64,000 nucleotides of DNA from Salpingoeca rosetta (Eukaryota > Protista > Choanoflagellata): positions 506,248 to 570,247 of the forward strand of contig JAWQFM010000014.1 in NCBI GenBank assembly GCA_033442325.1, in the 5' to 3' direction. Of this stretch, positions 49,901 through 64,000 are shown piece after piece (position 1 is the first letter of the stretch; each line of letters starts with the position of its first letter). The position numbers were made by a program, and so were the translations under genes. Below the pieces are notes generated by a model, which did no database searches, was not told the origin of the DNA, and saw nothing but the letters and a program-made list of their open reading frames with translations.

Positions 49901-52128
49901 TCACGCACCATCCACACAAGAGTATGGGACACAGTGTTCCTGTTTCGCTGTCAGTGCTCATCTGGTTATATCGCAAGAGGAGACAAGTGCATCAAGCAGA
50001 CAGACAACCCCGTGCCGGTTGCGTTGGGCACTGTTGCCGGTGTCTTGGCGCTGCAAGGCGCACTGTTTGCGCTGTTCCGCTGGTATCGCCGGCACAAGCA
50101 GTTGCGCGCCGAGCACGCCCTCAACATGCAGCTGCTCTCCGAGAAGGACGCGGAGGTGCTGGCGCTCAAGGCCGTGTGGGACATTCCGTTTGAGGAGCTT
50201 GACCTGTACCGCGAGCTGGACAGTGGTGCGAGCGGCGACGTGTGGGAGGGCGAGTGGGACTCGGTGCATGTGGCGGTGAAGGTGCTGAAGCTGGGCAACG
50301 TGTTCCTGGACGCAGCGACGCAGCAGGAGTTTGAGAAGGAGGTGGCGTTCTTGCAGCGCACGCGGCATCCGCACCTGGTTCGCTTCTTTGGCGCTGGCAC
50401 AAACCCGGTGACTGGCGCGCCGTTTCTGGTGCTCGAGTTTATGGCGCTCGGATCCCTGCGCCAGCTGCTGCAGCGCAACCTGCAACAGGTGTTGACAGAG
50501 ACCAACAGCACCAGCGCTTCCACGACCGCAGAAACTGCTGCGCCGACAAGCGAGGACTTGGATGACTACACAGTCGTGTCAACAACCAGGCACTCGGTGC
50601 AGCCTGGTCTCTTGACTGTGTGGGCGCTGAAGCAGCGGCTCGCTGCGGACATTGCATCTGGCATGGCGTTTATCCACAGCCTCGGCAAACTCCACAGGTG
50701 ACCTTGCGTGTTTTGTTTGGGGGGGGGGGGTTTGGGGTTGGTGAGTGTGTGATGCGTGTGTGATCTGTGCGTGTGCGTAAGTGTAATACGTGTGTGTTGT
50801 GTATGTGTGTTGTGTGTGCTTTTGTGCGTGCTTTTGTGTGCTTTTGTGTGTTGTGTATGTGTGTGAGTGTGCGTGCGTGACATGTGCGTGCGTGCGTGTG
50901 TGTGTTATGTTATTGCCTGCTTGCGCCCTCCTTTCCTTTCCACATGCCTTCACTCAATGCACACATTCTGCACACAACGTAATGCACGCATGCGCCCCAT
51001 CGGACGCAGAGATCTGAAGAGCGGCAATGTGCTGGTGTCGGCGAACCTGCGGGCAAAGATCACGGACTTTGGAACCGTGACCCAGCGCCTGAGTTCACAG
51101 CAGGTGCATTCTGCGGGACCACACCGCAGCAGCGGAGGCGGCTGGTTTGGCCTTGGCTTTGGGCTGCCCGGCACCCACAATCACAGCAGCGACAGGAGAA
51201 TGAGCAACAACAACAACGACAGCGACGACGACGACATAGGCAGCAGCGGCAACGACAAAGACAGTAATGGCAGTTCAAGCGTGCTGGCTGGGGCTGGGTT
51301 ATCGTCGTTGACCACACCAGCGTCGTCGTCACGTGGTGGCGATTCAGAGGCAGCGCAGGCCAGGCTGCTTGCGGCGGCGGCTGATGGTGCTGCTGTGAAT
51401 GACGATGTTGCGTACGACGAGGAGGTGGCTGGCATGACGATGAGCATGACCATGACAGCCGCTGTTGGCACGCCGCTGTACACTGCGCCAGAGGCGCTGA
51501 CGGGGACAGCGTACGACACCAAGGCCGACGTGTTCAGCTTTGGGGTTGTGCTGTGGGAGATTGTGACGCAGCGGAAACCCGACTTGATCAAGCAAGAGTT
51601 TGGGGACGGGTTCTGCGGCCCGATGCTGTCCACCCTCGCATCCTTGCTTGCATCCGGCAAGCGGCTCCGCTTCCCTCCATCTTCAGGTGAGAAGAAAGGA
51701 GGGGGTGATAAGAGACGGGGGCGAAGAGGAGTTTGGGGTTGAGGGGTTGGGAGGGGGTTGGAGGGGGTGAGGGCGAGTTGTGGAAGTCGTGTGTGCTGTG
51801 TGTGTGTGTATGTGTGTGTGTGTGTGTATGCTGTTAGTACTGCGCTGTTATGATGCTCTTTTGTTTTTCTTTTTCAACACTCCCCTGCCAGCCTACCTGC
51901 CCACCGTCCTGCACCCCAGTGCATGCACAGCACAGCACGTCTTGTCCCCAGCTCCTCACAATACCAGCGCATCACAATGCCTACTGCCTTGGTTGTGCAG
52001 GCAATGAGGAAGCGGCGGAAGTGCTGTTGCGCAACCTGGCGCAAGAATGCATGGCACAGGAGGCCAGGGAGCGACCCACCTTCCAGCAGCTGAAGGAAAA
52101 GCTGCTCGCAGCTCTACCCGGCTCTTAA
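46934..52128 (+). CDS. Leucine-rich-repeat receptor kinase (LRR ectodomain, EGF-like juxtamembrane motif, TM, TKL-type kinase)
   Basis: N-terminal hydrophobic segment; many LxxLxLxxNxL repeats; CQCSSGYIARGDKC; TM VALGTVAGVLALQGALFALF-RWYRRHK; SGASGDV, VAVK, HR|DLKSGN, DFG, GTPLYTAPE, DVFSFG, RPTF. Exons 46934-50697, 51010-51686, 52001-52128. Confidence 0.93.
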
Positions 52129-52983
52129 GCTGCGCCAGACAGCTAGACAGCCATTGCTTGAGCCAATTGCTCTGTGTGCGCAATGATGAGGGTTCATCCT
52201 GGATAAGATGCTTGAAGGTGTTTGTGTTTGTTGCTCGGTGTATTGAATTGTGTTTGTGGTTCCCTACTTGCCTGCTTGCCTACTTGCTTTGTGTTGTTGC
52301 ATTTTTGTACAATGTTCAATTGCGCGATCTGTGTCATTTTCATTTCACGTGGTGTGATGTGATGACTTCACCCAGCAAACACAAAACACACGGTGATACA
52401 AACGCGGGCGTGTAGGCGCGCGGCATAAAACAAAACAATGAAACGCAATAACAACGCAGGCAAGCCAGCAGGCAGGCGATGAGGCAGACATGGAGCATGC
52501 AGACTATGAATGAAAAAAAAAAATGCACGAGAAGAAACGATCGCATGGGCAGTAGAGAAAGCATCAAGTTCAAGTTCCAGTGGGTGAAAGTAACAAACAG
52601 CACCACGCAGGCAAGATCGGACGCAGCAAAACAAGGCAGAAATCAAGTGCACAGTTGACAGCAACGCCAGCCACAGCAACGGGTCACAAGAAGGGGCTTG
52701 AGGGGTAGGGAGGGAAGCAAAAGTCGTGCTGGGGTGGTTGTGGTGGTCGTAGGTGTTATGAAAGGGTGAGGGAGGGGGACAAAGTAGGCTGCAGCACCAA
52801 AGAGGTGGACGGCAGTGGCAGTGTGATGGGCGAGAAGCAGAGCGCAGCAAAGTGACTCAGCGAGGCGTAAAGAAGAAAGAAGGAAGGGGTTGGGGTTGGC
52901 TAAGAACGACCAGGAACCCGAGCGGGGGGAGGGGTTGTTGCTGATTTGAATTGGCGGGCGTAAACCGGTCCATGTGCGTGAGT

Positions 52984-58857
<5,874 letters not shown>

Positions 58858-61225
58858 GGACGCGGCCGGGGACGAGTATGCACACGTGCGCGTTGCCATC
58901 GATGTCGACAACGAATCAAGTCCTTGGATCGTCGCTGATGCTGACGCTTACGCGGTGCGTGCGTGCGTGCTTCTGCCTCTTTGTTGTTGTTCTGGCTGGT
59001 TGGTGGTCGGGAGGGGACAAGCCACCCGGCTGGTGTCTGAAAAGTGAAAGTGGTGGTCGGGAAGCGGTGTGATGATGGTGTGATGATGGTATGTATGATT
59101 TGGTGATGGATGAACCAACGGTGTTGGTTGGTGTGCGTAACCACCACAGCAGAGGAAGAAGGCAGAGGGGACAGGGTGAGACTAGAATGGTGATGAGCGA
59201 GCAAGATTGAAGAGCCAGACCCTTGTTCACAGCGGAACAATGATGATGGTGTCTCGGTCACTCACGCGCAGCTGTACCCACACGCGCACACACGTCAAGT
59301 TGCCCACGACCACCAGCAGGGAAAAGAACAAGAGGAGAGGAAACAAAGACCGTTTGTGGAGTGTTGGCAGCTACGCGTGAAGAGAGTGAATGGACACCCG
59401 TCCTTTCTCTCAACTCACGACTCACCACCACCACCACCACCAAACGCTCGCACACACAGAGCGGGCACGAGCCGTGAGCCACGCACACCCACACACGACG
59501 GATTGGGGGGGGGGGGTACACACACCTTGTAGCTGCTTGGTGTTCGTCGATTTGAAGCCAACGCGAAAGCGGGAGACAAAGGGGAACTGGTAGCAACCAG
59601 CGATCAATGTACTGTGGCTGAGAATAGAAACAACCACAAACAGAGCCACACAGACGCAACGGAGATGGGTTGGTGATGTGCAGAACAACAACAACAACAC
59701 ACAAACGGGGGTGCGAAACACACGTTTGGACGGCGGGTGTGTGAGTGAGTGTTGATGATCAATGATGGTGATGGATGATGGTGGTGGTGATGGTGCAGGC
59801 GAAGGTGCGTGCGTGTGTGCAAGTGTGTGCATGTGTGCATGTGTGTAGATGTGTATGTGTGTATGTGTGTGTGTGTGTGATACAAGCAGACAGGCACGCC
59901 CCCGAGCAGTTGTGTGATCAGTCTTCATCAAAGCCAATTCAAATGTGATGGCAGGTGCAAGAGGCAACCGAACACACGCACAACACACGCACGCACAACG
60001 CATGCATGCAACAGAAAGCGAAGGAGAGAGGGAAAGAAATAGAGGGAAGGAGACGCCGAAACCCGTGACAGAGCACGATAGGTTCTCAGGCGCAGGTGTT
60101 TAGGAGCACACGCACGAGCCATGCAAGGAAGGTGTGTGGAAGAGTGATCACACATCTCAGCACACACTTCATCACACAACACACTCACCAAATCAAATCA
60201 AACGCAAGGTGTGACTGAGGGACTTCTGCAGTGCCAAAAATGATGCAAACAAGGAAACAGAAGTGCGGATGCATGTGTGAGGGGCTGGGTGTGGGCGTGT
60301 TGGATGCATGTTCTGAGAGAGAGAGTGTGTGTGTGGGTGTATGGTGTTTGCATTGCCTGGTGTGTGGCACGCACCTTTGCGGGGTTGGTTGGTTGGTTGG
60401 TTGGTTCTCCAAGGGGAGCTTGGCCTACTGGTCAAGGTTTGTGCAGGTCGGGCGGGGAAAACACGGATGAGAGGAAGTGGGGGGGAGGGGGGGGGAGAAA
60501 AGGCTGGAAAGTTCGTGCGTGTGAAGCCGAGGGTGGGTGTGCGTGCGTGTGGGTGCGTGAAAGGTGATGATGATCACCACTGTGGTGCGTGCGTGGCGCG
60601 TGAGTGTGCGAGAGGCTGTGTGTGGACTTGGGGTTGCTTCTGCTGGCTGGTTCAGCTTTGTTCATGCAAGTGATTGGGTGCGCAGGTGTGGGGTAGGTGT
60701 GACGTGTCGCTGGTTCGTTCGCCGGTTGGATGGACGAATTGTTCGTTCGTTCGTGTGTACCTTGGCTTGGTGGCTGGCTTGCTGCCTTCTTTGTTTGTTT
60801 GCTTGCTTGCTTGCTTGCTGCTACTTGTTGATGCAATCGTTCGTTCGTGCGCAGGTGTGCGAGGATGAGAATCAGAGGAGTGGTTCGTCTTGGGGGGTGA
60901 TGACGATGTTGCGTTGTGTGCATGTGTGTGTGCAATCCATTCAAACGATGCGTTGCGTTGTTGTTGTCGTGGCTGCTTACTTGCTGTGCGTGTTGTGTTT
61001 GTGCGTTGCGTTTGCGTGTTGCGTTTGCGTGTTGTGTTTGCGTGTTGTGTTTGCGTGCGGTTGCTTGCTTGCTTGCGGTTGTGTGCTGTTGATGGAGCAA
61101 TCCAAGACCAACAACGACCCACCGAATTTCCGCCCCCCCAAAAATAACTGACGCAGATTATTCGTTAAAGATTTATAACAAACATCGTCATGGAAGGACC
61201 GCCGTGCGAAGCGTCAAGGCAGGGC

Positions 61226-63821
<2,596 letters not shown>

Positions 63822-63944
63822 CTGCAAAACGCAATGACAATGGCAGTGGCAAGGCACGTGAACGCGTGCGCCATGACACAGCAAACGGCGTATGGTGACA
63901 TAGCCAACCAACTGCAAACCAACTGCGGAGAAGGACTGCCACCC

Positions 63945-63992
<48 letters not shown>

Positions 63993-64000
63993 ATGTATTC

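Noticed and set aside
49975-49986. RGD tripeptide in the LRR kinase EGF-like motif
   Set aside because: A three-residue match is expected by chance in a protein this long.

Overview
Eukaryotic, GC-rich, intron-rich draft sequence in which nearly every intron carries (CA)n/(TG)n microsatellites, with four N gaps. The style and gene set suggest a choanoflagellate such as Salpingoeca rosetta (inference). Reconstructed genes in order: cathepsin B 3' end (+), NSE4 kleisin of SMC5/6 (-), five-finger C2H2 transcription factor (+), PIG-B GPI mannosyltransferase (-), 2OG-Fe(II) dioxygenase (-), two tandem paralogous mucin-stalk receptors (+,+), TTLL1 (-), sterol desaturase/CH25H-like hydroxylase (-), Rap-like GTPase (+), cytoplasmic dynein-1 heavy chain (-), LRR receptor TKL kinase (+), MELK (-), and a torsin-like AAA+ ATPase (-, 5' end outside the window). 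Most notable: (1) the receptor pair, with an unassigned ectodomain and a highly conserved NPLY / RRAS / PDZ-ligand tail; (2) a 248-bp foreign-looking structured insert in the last NSE4 intron, flanked by an exact 66-bp direct repeat of a (TG)27 microsatellite; (3) a torsin-like protein with an altered sensor-2 region and a KADL end; (4) a possible spliced dioxygenase/PIG-B fusion; (5) Arg in place of the dynein AAA4 Walker-A Lys; (6) a duplicated dynein exon with an orphan exon, probably a misassembly. Exon boundaries were read by eye and most short ORFs in the supplied track are microsatellite or antisense artefacts.
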